IMG/VR virus record: IMGVR_UViG_3300020045_005222 | Location: 1 to 38,923 of that record | Origin: a virus | Taxonomy: Duplodnaviria; Caudoviricetes | Reading direction: 5' to 3' (one strand) | Length of the DNA stretch: 38,923 nucleotides | In this document: in pieces, positions 5,559 through 16,778 of the stretch | Layout: every line of letters begins with the position of its first letter | Position numbering within the stretch: the first letter of the stretch is position 1 | Notes under the pieces: model-generated | What the model was told of the DNA's origin: nothing | Database searches by the model: none | Seen by the model: only the letters and a program-made list of their open reading frames with translations | Translations under genes and position numbers: made by a program

Positions 5559-8311
5559 TACGATATAATTACTTCATCTAATCCAAATGCTGGTGTTCCA
5601 TGTTTACCACTATAAAATTGTATTTGTACATTATAACTTCCTGACGGTGTCGCTGCTGCTGTTCTCCATGTTGTGAACGTAACCCCGTCTGTTGAGTGTT
5701 GTAGTCTAATAAATGAACCATCATAATATAAAGCAGCCCAATCACCAGCAGCATAAGTTTGATTTGGCGTATTGTCGTAAGTACCGTTGTTTTTTCGTCC
5801 TAAAGAATTTGTTAAACCATAACCTACATATATACCAAAATTTAAACCTGAAGCACCTGATTCACTATCAGCAGCCGTCGACGTTCCTAAAGATACGGCA
5901 ACTGCTTTACTAACAGCATTAATTTTAAATTTCAATCTTTGCCCGTTTGATAAAGTTTCATTTGATACTGCTACGCCTGTCGCTGTGCCCCATCCATCCG
6001 ATGTAGTTTTTCTTCTTATCCCTTTTGATGAATTATATTGTTCACATCCAAAAGTCGCATCAGCCCCTAAAACTGACCATGTTAAATATCCGCTTGGCGC
6101 GTCTGTAGTATCGCTAACAACAACCCAGTTAGAAGTTAAGAAACCTACTGCTAATGCTTTAATTCTGTAATAATATGTCGTTAATGGCGCAAGCCCACTA
6201 TCCGTATAAGTTAATACGTTTGTAAAAGTCAATATTGTTGTTGGGCTTGCAAAAGCATTGGTAACATCCCTTTCAATAGTATAACCCGTAGCATTAGTTA
6301 CAGCGTCCCAAGTCATTGTAATTGCATCGTCTGTAACAGTAGTAGTAACAAAATTAGTAGGAGTTGCCAATGTAGCACCTGTGCCACCACTACCCTCTGA
6401 ATAGCTAGAACTCCAAAATAAAGAAGTGCCATCCCAATAAAAACCTAATAAATTAACATCGCCAGCACCAATTCGATAAGAAACATCCCCGAAATTACCT
6501 GTTAGTGTTGGAGTATAACCGCCTGTTCCGTTTTGAATCATTTTAAGAATCCCGCTTGCAACTACTCCTGATGGCAAGTTAGTGATTGATAATGTTCTAT
6601 TACCACCGATAGTCCATTCTGCAAAACTTCCTGTGCTAAAATCCCAAGTAGTTGTAGCACCGTCTGTTAATGTTATTTTTGAAACCGCTGGTGTTTCATT
6701 AGCATCAATCCCGTCATAACTAACCTTACTATCGACATTACTCATATTGGCAATAGCTTGTACTAAATCCGCATCGGGACTTCCGCTATCGTTGTATTTA
6801 TTAGCGTAGTCTGTTACAATCCAAACTAAACTAGCTGTTGTAAAAATATCGGCTGGGAGTGTTTGAGTGCCATCTGTACCGAATTTACGAATATCAATAC
6901 GCCCTATGTAATCTTTAAAACCATCAGCACCTAAATCAACTACGCTATAAATAGTGTTTGTTATACTTGGTGTTGCACCATCAAAAGCGTTATCACCAAA
7001 AGAAGTGCCAGCAACTCTATTTAAAATGTTATTTTGCGTATTACCCGCAAAAGCACTGTCACTAAATCGATATATTAACCCAAAAGAATCATCTACTTTA
7101 ATATTAGAAGTGCTAGTTGCTGCAGAACAAAAAGACGTAGCTAAATCAAAATCGGTATCGTAAGGAACTGAAAATCTATATACACCACCCGAACCCGCCA
7201 CCGTAAAACTTTCATTTGTTTTGGTTGCAGCCGTAAAATTTTCAATAAAAGCCCTCGCACTACTTAAAGACGTAATCGCTTCACCCAACAAATCTGTAAT
7301 TTCAATGTAAGGAGCGATTGTATTATCTATACTCGTTTTAACTAAATTTAAAGTAGGGTATTTGTCGGTGTCGTAATTTAAAACGCTATTTTCTTTGTTT
7401 GTTAACACCTCGTAAAGCGTATCGAAATAAGTTTTAAGAAACGCTTTTACATTAGTCCAAGTTATTTTTTTAAGAAGTCCACCCGCCGTTAATGCAGTAG
7501 CTACATAGTCCGTATTGTTTGGTGTAGCATCACCAGCAGAGCCAATTAACGCACCTATTGTAGCAGTAGTTTCGGGAGTTATATCATCTAAAGTAGCTAA
7601 AATGTAATCGCCAGTTGCTTTATCTGATGGTAAGGAAAAATTAGTATCATTATCAGCGACAGGAATAACCAATGCGTTATTATTACTAACCCCTGTATTT
7701 TGTATTCTGCAATCTATTGCAGAAAATCTTACAGCTTTTAATTGTTCATCAGCATCTTTGTAATATACATCTGTATTTAATTTACTAAATGATGCACCAC
7801 CATTTACATTTTCAACTTCTCCAGCATAAAACTCTATTAAAGGGTCTACTTCATCTAAATCAATTTTAATATAACTTAAGAAATCTGTTGAGTTTGCAGA
7901 ATTACCCTCGTCCAAAACCGATTGTAAGTCTTGAGAACCACCACCGCCCCCCGAAGCACTTACAATAGGATTTAAAGGGTCTGTGTTATCTACTGTGACA
8001 TTTGTTCCCGCTACAATAGATTGAATAGCTCCATTCTCTAAATAAGGACTGTAATTTAAAGCATTTAATCGAGTTCGTAAAAGCTCAACACTTGCAAACG
8101 TTTCAACTACACTTGCATCGGTTTCATCTATAACTTGAACGTCATCAATACCAACAGCTTGTTTTGGTATATTAGAACCGTTTAACGCTTGTAATACTAC
8201 GGTTTGAGTAACTTCATCTAAAACGATATTCCAATCGCTTAAATTAACCTCTTTCGCTCCGTTGTTATACGAGTGCCACCAACCACTAGTCTTTTTATAG
8301 AATATAAACAT
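5558..8311 (-). CDS. Modular tail fibre / receptor-binding protein with a fibronectin type III domain
   Basis: Last large tail gene; Gly linker then QDLQSVLD; FN3 signature PTNF...TWDAV..ATGYTIER...YTDSGLAPLTTYYYRIKA; beta-rich C-terminal domain. Confidence 0.8.
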   Translation of the reverse strand: MFIFYKKTSGWWHSYNNGAKEVNLSDWNIVLDEVTQTVVLQALNGSNIPKQAVGIDDVQVIDETDASVVETFASVELLRTRLNALNYSPYLENGAIQSIVAGTNVTVDNTDPLNPIVSASGGGGGSQDLQSVLDEGNSANSTDFLSYIKIDLDEVDPLIEFYAGEVENVNGGASFSKLNTDVYYKDADEQLKAVRFSAIDCRIQNTGVSNNNALVIPVADNDTNFSLPSDKATGDYILATLDDITPETTATIGALIGSAGDATPNNTDYVATALTAGGLLKKITWTNVKAFLKTYFDTLYEVLTNKENSVLNYDTDKYPTLNLVKTSIDNTIAPYIEITDLLGEAITSLSSARAFIENFTAATKTNESFTVAGSGGVYRFSVPYDTDFDLATSFCSAATSTSNIKVDDSFGLIYRFSDSAFAGNTQNNILNRVAGTSFGDNAFDGATPSITNTIYSVVDLGADGFKDYIGRIDIRKFGTDGTQTLPADIFTTASLVWIVTDYANKYNDSGSPDADLVQAIANMSNVDSKVSYDGIDANETPAVSKITLTDGATTTWDFSTGSFAEWTIGGNRTLSITNLPSGVVASGILKMIQNGTGGYTPTLTGNFGDVSYRIGAGDVNLLGFYWDGTSLFWSSSYSEGSGGTGATLATPTNFVTTTVTDDAITMTWDAVTNATGYTIERDVTNAFASPTTILTFTNVLTYTDSGLAPLTTYYYRIKALAVGFLTSNWVVVSDTTDAPSGYLTWSVLGADATFGCEQYNSSKGIRRKTTSDGWGTATGVAVSNETLSNGQRLKFKINAVSKAVAVSLGTSTAADSESGASGLNFGIYVGYGLTNSLGRKNNGTYDNTPNQTYAAGDWAALYYDGSFIRLQHSTDGVTFTTWRTAAATPSGSYNVQIQFYSGKHGTPAFGLDEVIIS

Positions 8312-9153
8312 TATCGTTGTATTTTGAATTTATAAGAACCACTACCAATGTTAACCGCACCGCCAGTATGATTATGTACAACAAAACTAACCTCATCAGC
8401 ATCGGTTGCAATCGGCACACCTACTACTAAACTTTCTGTTATAATTTCAACTGGATAAGTTAATTGAATAAAGTCACCTAAAACAACACCAGTAATAGCC
8501 GTTACAACTGTATAGCTTGCGTTACTTGCAATACTTGGCAAATCGATAGTTTCAGTATGGTTAATTTCAACACCTTTAGCTGGCATATAAGCGTAATTAA
8601 TATTGTTACATTGCTTATTGTAATGTTGTAAACAAAATCCATCAATACCAACACTTGCCATTGTCGGAGTTGAAGCAGCATCGAATTTAAAAATCCATCT
8701 AAAAGTATAATCTCCAGTATCGGTATAAATATTTTGTCCTAATCTTATCCATTGCTCAACTGGGTAATCGCTTAAATCAAAGATATAAGTTTCTTGCAAA
8801 GCAGCGTTAAAATACACTTCTAAATGTACTATATTATCGCCCTCGTCATATTTGTAAAACATCGCACTAATTAACGAATTGCAAGGTTGCGGATTGATAT
8901 AAGTATCTAACAAAGCCGTACTTTGAACTACTAAATCGGTTGTTTTGTAAGCCGTATTAGTGATTTTCATTGCCCCAAAACCTTGACCAACGTCAACCGT
9001 TGAAGCGTATAAGCTATTAACTTCTTGGGTTACACTTCCAGTACCACTAACAACCGCCATATCAAAGTCAGTACCATCGAAATTACAGTATTTAGGTAAT
9101 AGGTTTTCGGCATAAACCGTATTATATTCGTTTAAATTGATTGTCGCTTGCAT
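8311..9153 (-). CDS. Minor tail protein (beta-sandwich or carbohydrate-binding-like)
   Basis: Position in the tail module, TAATG coupling, beta-rich composition. Confidence 0.6.
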   Translation of the reverse strand: MQATINLNEYNTVYAENLLPKYCNFDGTDFDMAVVSGTGSVTQEVNSLYASTVDVGQGFGAMKITNTAYKTTDLVVQSTALLDTYINPQPCNSLISAMFYKYDEGDNIVHLEVYFNAALQETYIFDLSDYPVEQWIRLGQNIYTDTGDYTFRWIFKFDAASTPTMASVGIDGFCLQHYNKQCNNINYAYMPAKGVEINHTETIDLPSIASNASYTVVTAITGVVLGDFIQLTYPVEIITESLVVGVPIATDADEVSFVVHNHTGGAVNIGSGSYKFKIQR

Positions 9154-9575
9154 TATGTATCGGAGTTAATAGTTAATGTAAAAGTTCTTGCTTCACTTGG
9201 TAAAAGGACGCCAACGGTTCTAACTATGTAAGGTTGCCAATCGGCATTAACACCTAAATAGTAGGAAGTATCACCTCTTAATTCACCAGCATCGATTGTA
9301 AATACAGTCGTACCACTTGGTAATGATGCTGTTGTACTTGGATTTGTGTACGTTCCGTTAATACGAATACTACGCCCTTGTTTTACAAATGTTATCCCGT
9401 AAGTTATCACAGAACCGTTTTTAGTTGTGTAAGTTTCATCCGTTGAACTATCCGCTAATTTAGTTGGATATAATTCGTTGATAGTTTCAAGTGCAGCACT
9501 TCTAACTTTAGCTTGTGTTATTAAAGCCGTTAGAAATCCGTTTACCGCTGCTATTAATCCGCTTTTTGTTGCCAT
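9153..9575 (-). CDS. Minor tail / structural protein
   Basis: Position, coupling and Thr/Gly-rich composition. Confidence 0.6.
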   Translation of the reverse strand: MATKSGLIAAVNGFLTALITQAKVRSAALETINELYPTKLADSSTDETYTTKNGSVITYGITFVKQGRSIRINGTYTNPSTTASLPSGTTVFTIDAGELRGDTSYYLGVNADWQPYIVRTVGVLLPSEARTFTLTINSDT

Positions 9576-9578
9576 ATC

Positions 9579-10751
9579 TTAATCAATTAAAAAATCATTA
9601 GTAAAATCGTCTGCATCAAACTCACCATCCTGAATAGTCCAATTCCAAGTATCAATCGGAAACCCACCCCAATACTCAATTCCATTGTAAACGGTATTAA
9701 CAACAAGCGAATAACTACCATTAGCAAATGTGTACGAACTTAAAGCCGTTAATGTTAATTTGTTTGTAGCTATGGAGTTTGCGCTTGATGTCAATACTAA
9801 AATATCGTCCTTATAAAGTTTGTATTCAAATCCCGCTGTTAAATTCGGTGCTTTATTGAAGTTTATATATATTCCGGCTACTCCGATTGCCGTATTGAAT
9901 CCCGATAAAGTGTAAACTGAATTATTCGCTACGAATCTTGAAACTTGGTTAAAAGGCTCGTAGAATTGATAAGCGAAAGTAAATAATTCGTTTGTTGGGT
10001 TGCAAGTAAAAGTAGCTGCAAACCAATTCGCATCGCCCTCACGCTTATCTTTTTTAATGTCGGTTCTCGTAACCCGTACACCATTTAAATAAACAAAAGG
10101 ACATTGACATAATCTTTGCAATCTACGAAAGGTGAAAATATCCATTCCCGAAATATTATATTCGTCCAAAGGAGTTATAATACTTCGATAATCAACTACG
10201 CTTCCCTCAAATTGGGTATATTGTTTTGAGTTTTCCTCGTCCGCTATGTCGTTGTGGTAAAAATCAGCAAATCTAATTGAAGCGTGCAATCCATCGTAAG
10301 TTGTTCCATTTAATTTTGCCGGATGCCAATAGTCAAATCTTGCTGATAATCGCGAATTGTTAGCCGTTAAAAGGAAGTTGTTAGAATACCAAACGTTTAA
10401 GTTAGTATTATCGGTAATCCGTAAATAAAGAGGTGTTGACCAATAATCTACATTAATATTCCCGAACTCGTAGCGGATCTGGTCAATTCCGTTTTCATCG
10501 GAAAATATTTCATAGAAAAACTGTGAAGTGATATTCTGAACGACATTTTCGCCACAATCGACTAATTCAACTGTAATCCCTCCAACGAATGAAATAGGAG
10601 TATTTGAGTTGGATATTTGAAACCACGTTTCAGTAGGTAGCATCTGCAAAAACCCCTGATACCTTAATGTAGAAATAGCGGGATTATCGCTATTCTTAGC
10701 GACTGCAAAACTTGTATAGAACCTTAAAAAACTGTAGTCTTGTACGTTCAT
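9579..10751 (-). CDS. Minor tail / baseplate protein
   Basis: Position after the large tail protein; acidic C-terminal motif FDADDFTNDF. Confidence 0.6.
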   Translation of the reverse strand: MNVQDYSFLRFYTSFAVAKNSDNPAISTLRYQGFLQMLPTETWFQISNSNTPISFVGGITVELVDCGENVVQNITSQFFYEIFSDENGIDQIRYEFGNINVDYWSTPLYLRITDNTNLNVWYSNNFLLTANNSRLSARFDYWHPAKLNGTTYDGLHASIRFADFYHNDIADEENSKQYTQFEGSVVDYRSIITPLDEYNISGMDIFTFRRLQRLCQCPFVYLNGVRVTRTDIKKDKREGDANWFAATFTCNPTNELFTFAYQFYEPFNQVSRFVANNSVYTLSGFNTAIGVAGIYINFNKAPNLTAGFEYKLYKDDILVLTSSANSIATNKLTLTALSSYTFANGSYSLVVNTVYNGIEYWGGFPIDTWNWTIQDGEFDADDFTNDFLID

Positions 10752-10774
10752 AGTTTACGTTTCACAACGTTGTT

Positions 10775-13441
10775 TTAAATTATAGTATTTAGTACCATCA
10801 CTAAATCGTTAATACTCGGATAAATAACCGAATTAAAATTAACTGCATCAAATTTATAAAATTTAGTTATAGCTTTATTGTTTTCGTCAAAAAACTTTAT
10901 ATAATCGTTATCGGCTCTAAACCAATTTATACCCGTTGTTTGAGGATAAGGCGTTCCGTTAATCGACAATACTCCAGAAACAAAGGTCACAATCAATATT
11001 TGTGGCTCGTATTTTTCTTCTACAACAAACGTCAATCCTCTGTCTGAAAGTAAAAAACTATCTTGTTGAATATATCCCTTTTGTGGCTCACCCATCAAAT
11101 CCAAGAACCGGATAAATCCTTTTTTGGTTTTGTATAAGTCCATTCTCTCTTTTATCTCGTCGAATTTACCTACTATCGTAAGGTTTAAGATGTTTCCTGT
11201 TATTATTGGCTCAGGTAAATCGCTAAATAAAATAGTGCCGTTTTCAACTACATCAACACTTTCAGTAGTCAAACGAGTTTTTAACGCTCCGTTGGATTTA
11301 AAGAAACTATTAATAATGTCTTTTTTGGAATACATAAGCATTGAAGCTATGTACTTATACCAATGAAACATATTTCTTTTAATGGTGTATCGTAAGTTGG
11401 CGAATTTAGGAGTTACGCCATCGATTAATGAAAATCCTTGATTTGTTCTAGTTTGCCAAAGTACATTAGTATAGTAGTATTTTAACTCGATATACCCATC
11501 CCCATTGGCTGGAGACATTGCAAACGTAGGTGTCAATATCAATACATTTGCAGTTATAGAATAAACGATATAAATACCAGCATTTGTCCCGTTTAGTATT
11601 TCAACGTTTTGCCCTACACCCATACCTAAAGTAAGCCAATTTATAGGAGCATCACCACTATCGCCCTCGCTATCTCTATTTAATATCTCTAACCTTCCGT
11701 TTATAATTCTAACCAATAGAATAGCGTACAATATGCCGAATGAACTAGGAGCAAGTTGTATAACATCTTCAATGCAAATTGTATTATCACTATCGGTAGA
11801 TGTGGTAGGCTTGCTAATTTCCAAATCAACAATATCCTGAATAGCAAACGGATCACGTACTAAATCATTTTTAATTTCTTTTACATTCTCGACTTTAATA
11901 TTTTGTAGCTTCCATTCTGATTGCGTATGTACTGCTTCACTAGTGCCTAATAACGTTCTGTCTTGTGCAAAATTTGAATAATCGAATTTAAACTTATTAC
12001 AAGCAAAACGGTCATTTACATCAATAGTCAATCCCTCGCTAGGAATTTGTGTATAAACTCCAATTTCATCATTTGTATAGAAGTCCTCAAATTGACCGAT
12101 AAACATTTCCTCTTCTGAAATCTCTACATCAGCACAAACTTCTTCTAAACTTTCGTAAATCTGTTTAAGTGTGAAGTATAGAAAATCTGTATTTTGACTA
12201 ACCATCCTTTTATTGAAACAAAATTGGTCATAGAATTGACCGCTTACATCAAATTTAGTAGCATTAAACGGTAAGTCGTGAACCATTTTATTGCCTTGTT
12301 TCATTAAATCTACATAACGAACTGCTTTTTGTACGTTATCTAATGATGATGAATTAGCAATTAAATCAACTTTCATTGAGTTTGAAATAAACATCGCTAT
12401 ATTAGAAATAGGAGAGGGAGCTGGCAAAGGATTAGGTGATGTACTTGAAAAATACAACCAAACCTTTTGTCCTATTTCCAAATAAGGAATTACAACGCTA
12501 TAAGATTGATTTGTTAATGAAAAACTACTACTGCTACTAAATAAATCAATTGTAGTCCAATCATCTAAAGGCACATTCCCATAAGCTACTCTTAATCTAT
12601 GGTTAACAAAAAAACCACTAACATTAATCGCTAAATTCAATTCCGAAATATCAATACGTAAATTTGTAATTCTTTTTTTTGCTTTTACTATTGTTCTCTC
12701 TTGAATTAACGATTTTACCAAATCTGTGTCGGCAGTATCGTTTAAATAGGTTATCGCTTCAAATGAAGTTAGAGTGTTTGATATACCGTAGGAATTGACT
12801 TGAATACATGGATTGTAAACATACGCATCGCCACCATAAAGAACCTCGTTACGATTAAATGAAGTTGGGACTGTGAAATTACTTATTTCTTCTTGTGGAA
12901 TAGCACGCCTTAAATAGTTTAAGGTTTCAATCGGTGTTACGGCTTGTTCAAATACTCCTTTATCTGCAAAAGCATTCAATGTAGTATCATAATTTCTTTT
13001 ATAATCCGCAACCTTACCATTATCTATTAAAGCGCATTGAAAATAAGTATATCCGTCTGTTAAGTCTTTTCCTTTAGCGTCTAGTTGATATGATTCATAA
13101 AGAACACCGTTAACGAATATCCCAAAATCAACATCCATTTCAAATCCGAACTCTTTATGTATCGGTAAAAGCCATTCTAAACCATAATTAAGATGTTCCG
13201 AAGCGTCCCCTAATGGATTTATTATTTGAGAAACGCCAGTAGGTATTCCCCACGCATCAATAAATGTCAGTTTATCTACTTCTAAATAACGCCTTTGCCT
13301 TGCAAATCTTTTTGGCTCTTGCTCGGTTTTTAGTTTCGCTGCGTCAAATCCAACTGGTTCATTTATCATAAACCAATCGGACATATTTAAGGAATTGAAC
13401 CTTAAACCGAATGTAACCAAGTCAGAATCTAAAATATCCAT
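10775..13441 (-). CDS. Large tail-tip / baseplate hub-type protein
   Basis: 888 aa ORF directly after the tape measure gene. Confidence 0.65.
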   Translation of the reverse strand: MDILDSDLVTFGLRFNSLNMSDWFMINEPVGFDAAKLKTEQEPKRFARQRRYLEVDKLTFIDAWGIPTGVSQIINPLGDASEHLNYGLEWLLPIHKEFGFEMDVDFGIFVNGVLYESYQLDAKGKDLTDGYTYFQCALIDNGKVADYKRNYDTTLNAFADKGVFEQAVTPIETLNYLRRAIPQEEISNFTVPTSFNRNEVLYGGDAYVYNPCIQVNSYGISNTLTSFEAITYLNDTADTDLVKSLIQERTIVKAKKRITNLRIDISELNLAINVSGFFVNHRLRVAYGNVPLDDWTTIDLFSSSSSFSLTNQSYSVVIPYLEIGQKVWLYFSSTSPNPLPAPSPISNIAMFISNSMKVDLIANSSSLDNVQKAVRYVDLMKQGNKMVHDLPFNATKFDVSGQFYDQFCFNKRMVSQNTDFLYFTLKQIYESLEEVCADVEISEEEMFIGQFEDFYTNDEIGVYTQIPSEGLTIDVNDRFACNKFKFDYSNFAQDRTLLGTSEAVHTQSEWKLQNIKVENVKEIKNDLVRDPFAIQDIVDLEISKPTTSTDSDNTICIEDVIQLAPSSFGILYAILLVRIINGRLEILNRDSEGDSGDAPINWLTLGMGVGQNVEILNGTNAGIYIVYSITANVLILTPTFAMSPANGDGYIELKYYYTNVLWQTRTNQGFSLIDGVTPKFANLRYTIKRNMFHWYKYIASMLMYSKKDIINSFFKSNGALKTRLTTESVDVVENGTILFSDLPEPIITGNILNLTIVGKFDEIKERMDLYKTKKGFIRFLDLMGEPQKGYIQQDSFLLSDRGLTFVVEEKYEPQILIVTFVSGVLSINGTPYPQTTGINWFRADNDYIKFFDENNKAITKFYKFDAVNFNSVIYPSINDLVMVLNTII

Positions 13442-16177
13442 TTACACTGATTTTCCTTTGAAGCTCCAACGATCATTTTGTATCTCTTTTGTTGAATGTC
13501 CGTTTCTTACTAATTTAGTGAACCCCGAACCGTTCATATTTATACTAACCGTTTCTTTGTTTTTTACTACATCGATAAGCTCGTTTAATTTCGCATCGGA
13601 ATAACCGCTGTTTTGTATTTCAACTTTCGGCATCGAAATTCCGTTATTCAATAACATAGCGTTCAAATTGTCGTTGAACATTAAAGCCGTTTCTGCTGCT
13701 GTCTTTACTACTGTACCTTTAGGAGCGTTAACAATAACGTCTTTACCTTTGTAAATCTTTCCTTTTCCATCAGGAGTAATTACTAATTCCTGTCCAAGTC
13801 CTTTATCGTTAATTTTCATTAATCCTCCCTCGTGATTATCTGTTCCTTTCCAATACTCAGGGATTTGTTGACTTGAAACAATAGCTAATTGTGCAGCACC
13901 TAAAGCAGCGAATAATATTGCACCACCGTAATTTTGCTCGGCTAATGCACCTACAACCGCTTGAGCAGTATCAATTATAATATTAAATATTGCAGTTTGT
14001 TTCTGTTGCTGTGCTTTTTTACGTTCTAATTGCGCTCTTCTTGCTTCGTATTGTCTTTCGATTTCCTCACGTGCTGTGGTGCTTTCTCCAGCGAAGGCAA
14101 TAGCGATTTCCTTCTCACGTTCTAAATTATTGAAAGCGTTTTCAAAGCGTTGGTTTTGTAGTTCTGTAATCTTATTGAATACGTCTTGAGCAACTTCTCC
14201 GACAGCATTAAAAGTAATAGCGAATTTCTCTTGCATTGAATCCGCTTTTTCCATTAAGTTTTCAAATGCAGTTTTCCCATTCTCTTCAAAAACAGTAAAA
14301 AATGCAACGCTATTTAATCCTAAATTATTTAAAAACTCACTTTCAAATGATTGCAGAAAAGCCCTAACTGCGGAATCCATTTTTTTAGTTTCTTCCGTTA
14401 ATTGAGCAGTTGACATTTTTTGTTTCTCAAATGCTTCAGTAGTTTTTAATGATGCATTAGCCATTGAATTACTATCTTTTTCGATAGTATCAATTAAAGT
14501 GTCATAGTACTGTAATATTTCGGTAAACTTTACAAATTCCTCTCTAGTGTTGGTTGTTGATTGTTGTAATTCAGCATAACCACTTCTTATTTCTTTTAGC
14601 TTTTTAAGAAGTCCATCTTGAGCATCGATTTGCATTGTGATAGCTTCGATATCTTCTCGTTGCTCACCTCTTGTTTTCGCATTGCTTTTATTTTTTATTG
14701 CTTCTGCTTGGTACTCAAGTCCGATGGTTTCTTTTTTCAGCTTGATAATATCCGTGTCGTTTTTAATAGATTGTTTTGTAATAAACCCGATTTGCTTTTC
14801 AATTGACAAACCTTTTTCTTTGGCGTTATTTAAGTTTTGCTCTGCAATAAGTAGTTTATTTCTATTAGCTTGCGCTGCTGCTCTGTCTGCTATTATAGGT
14901 TTTGCACTTTCAATGTCAAATAGCTTTTGTGCCTTGGATATTAATTTAGTCTGTATTGATAACTCTGATTCTAAATCAATTATCTTTTGTCTATTGGCGA
15001 CATTTAATTCTGACTTCTTTTCAACTTCTTTTCGCTTCTCTAACGCTACAATTAAGTCGTTTACGCCTTTAGAGTATTGACCATCTACAAGCATAGCGTC
15101 TTTAACGCTTCTTATGTAAAAAGGATATTGTTTCAACAAAGCGTCTTGAGCAATTTTTCTTTGTTCATCACTTAATTTTCTATCATTAAGAACTGCTAAA
15201 TACTTTCTTAATTCTAATATTTCAGCTTGCGCATCCTTACGCCCTCCTAATTTTGCATTATTGAATTCCTTTTGTCGCTCGGTTAATTCGGTCAATGCTT
15301 TATCGCCTTCAAATAAACTTTGTACCCAGTTGCCAATTTCTTTTCCGTATGCGCTTAAAACAGCCACACCAACGTAAAGCAAAGTATTAAATGAAAGTAT
15401 TGACGCTCCAATTTGCGACATTACACTTCTTGTAGCTTGTCCTTCTGCTTTTAATATAGCATTTTGCGCTGTAATTCCTTTAATAGCGTCTTGTAAAGCA
15501 CCAATATTGTTAGTTATAGACATTATACCAATCTGCATAGATTGTCCAAAATTCGGAAGCTCTCGGCTTATTTGACCTATTGCGTTTGATAACGGATTGA
15601 AACCACTTGCATAGTTTCCGACATTACGCCCGTACTTTCCAATAGCTTGGTCAATACCACCTAAAACACCTTGATATTTTTTTGTTAGGTTAGTTAATGT
15701 TGCAAGTCTTTTTTCCTCGTTTTCATTAAGATTGTTATAACGTTCTTTTTTTGCTGATAGGTTATTATATTCGGCTGCAACTAAATTTAATTGTCTTTGT
15801 GTTTTATTATAAACATTGGTCAAGATAGATGCTTTAGCTTCCTCTTTTTCCATTGCTTTATTTTTACGCTCGATTGCAGCTTCGGTTGTTATGATTGATT
15901 TGGTGAGGTTATTGTTTGATATTGCAGTTCGGTTTTGAGCTTGCGCATAACGCTCAAGTTTAATTTGCAACTCTGTATATAGTTTTTCCTGACGGATCAA
16001 TTTATCATTTAATGATTTAATAGCGGAATCCGAACCGCTAGGAGTTTTAACCGAAATCATATTATCGTTTACTGCTTTGACGTTAGCAACTGTTTTTACA
16101 ATCTCTGCGTTCAAAGCCTGTAAGTCTTTTAATGCGCTAGGGCTAAGTACTTCAATAAATTCGCTATCGTTTGCCAT
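13442..16177 (-). CDS. Tail tape measure protein
   Basis: 911 aa, Ala/Gln/Lys-rich and helical; GRNVGNY...QISRELP motif and hydrophobic patches typical of TMPs. Confidence 0.9.
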   Translation of the reverse strand: MANDSEFIEVLSPSALKDLQALNAEIVKTVANVKAVNDNMISVKTPSGSDSAIKSLNDKLIRQEKLYTELQIKLERYAQAQNRTAISNNNLTKSIITTEAAIERKNKAMEKEEAKASILTNVYNKTQRQLNLVAAEYNNLSAKKERYNNLNENEEKRLATLTNLTKKYQGVLGGIDQAIGKYGRNVGNYASGFNPLSNAIGQISRELPNFGQSMQIGIMSITNNIGALQDAIKGITAQNAILKAEGQATRSVMSQIGASILSFNTLLYVGVAVLSAYGKEIGNWVQSLFEGDKALTELTERQKEFNNAKLGGRKDAQAEILELRKYLAVLNDRKLSDEQRKIAQDALLKQYPFYIRSVKDAMLVDGQYSKGVNDLIVALEKRKEVEKKSELNVANRQKIIDLESELSIQTKLISKAQKLFDIESAKPIIADRAAAQANRNKLLIAEQNLNNAKEKGLSIEKQIGFITKQSIKNDTDIIKLKKETIGLEYQAEAIKNKSNAKTRGEQREDIEAITMQIDAQDGLLKKLKEIRSGYAELQQSTTNTREEFVKFTEILQYYDTLIDTIEKDSNSMANASLKTTEAFEKQKMSTAQLTEETKKMDSAVRAFLQSFESEFLNNLGLNSVAFFTVFEENGKTAFENLMEKADSMQEKFAITFNAVGEVAQDVFNKITELQNQRFENAFNNLEREKEIAIAFAGESTTAREEIERQYEARRAQLERKKAQQQKQTAIFNIIIDTAQAVVGALAEQNYGGAILFAALGAAQLAIVSSQQIPEYWKGTDNHEGGLMKINDKGLGQELVITPDGKGKIYKGKDVIVNAPKGTVVKTAAETALMFNDNLNAMLLNNGISMPKVEIQNSGYSDAKLNELIDVVKNKETVSINMNGSGFTKLVRNGHSTKEIQNDRWSFKGKSV

Positions 16178-16778
16178 TTCTCATTTTATTTGCGTTTTCT
16201 TCTTGCTTTGCGGATATTTTCTCGGCTTGTTTTACGTAAGCTACATATTTATCCAACATAATGCCGTCTTTTATTTGTCTATTGACAACGCCCTCAATCG
16301 CTACTATGTTCTCCTCATAGTCAAATGCTTTTTGTATGCTTTTTTTCGTAGCGTTTTCATACTCCGCTTTCGCAAAAGTCAATTCATTTTGTATAACCCC
16401 AATTTCAATAGTCAAAACCCTATGCACTTCTTCAATAAATGGTTTTTCTGTATCTATTTCAATGTCATAACCAGTCTTTAACGCTTTCACAAAATCCATT
16501 CTCATTTCCTTTGTGGTCTTATTGTAGTAATAAAAATGTAATGCTTGTTTAAGTATCGCAATCTTATTTTCCAATCCAGCTATTTGCTTTGTAAGCGTTA
16601 AATATCGATTTGATTCCGGATTATCCGATTTTAAAAAGAACTCGTCGTAAATAGCTATAAAAACCGATTCCAATCCTTTTTCACGTGGTTTTGGTTTTAA
16701 TAACTGCCAGTTCTTTGTACTTAAAATAGTAAAGAACGTTTTAGCTGGAATTGTATCTATTGAATTATACTTAGGCAA
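16164..16778 (-). CDS. Putative tail assembly chaperone
   Basis: Immediately upstream of the TMP; call is positional. Confidence 0.5.
   Translation of the reverse strand: MPKYNSIDTIPAKTFFTILSTKNWQLLKPKPREKGLESVFIAIYDEFFLKSDNPESNRYLTLTKQIAGLENKIAILKQALHFYYYNKTTKEMRMDFVKALKTGYDIEIDTEKPFIEEVHRVLTIEIGVIQNELTFAKAEYENATKKSIQKAFDYEENIVAIEGVVNRQIKDGIMLDKYVAYVKQAEKISAKQEENANKMRNGKR

Noticed and set aside
5558-8311. Diversity-generating retroelement or invertible tail-fibre cassette
   Set aside because: No reverse transcriptase or invertase gene, and no duplicated template/variable repeat was noticed.
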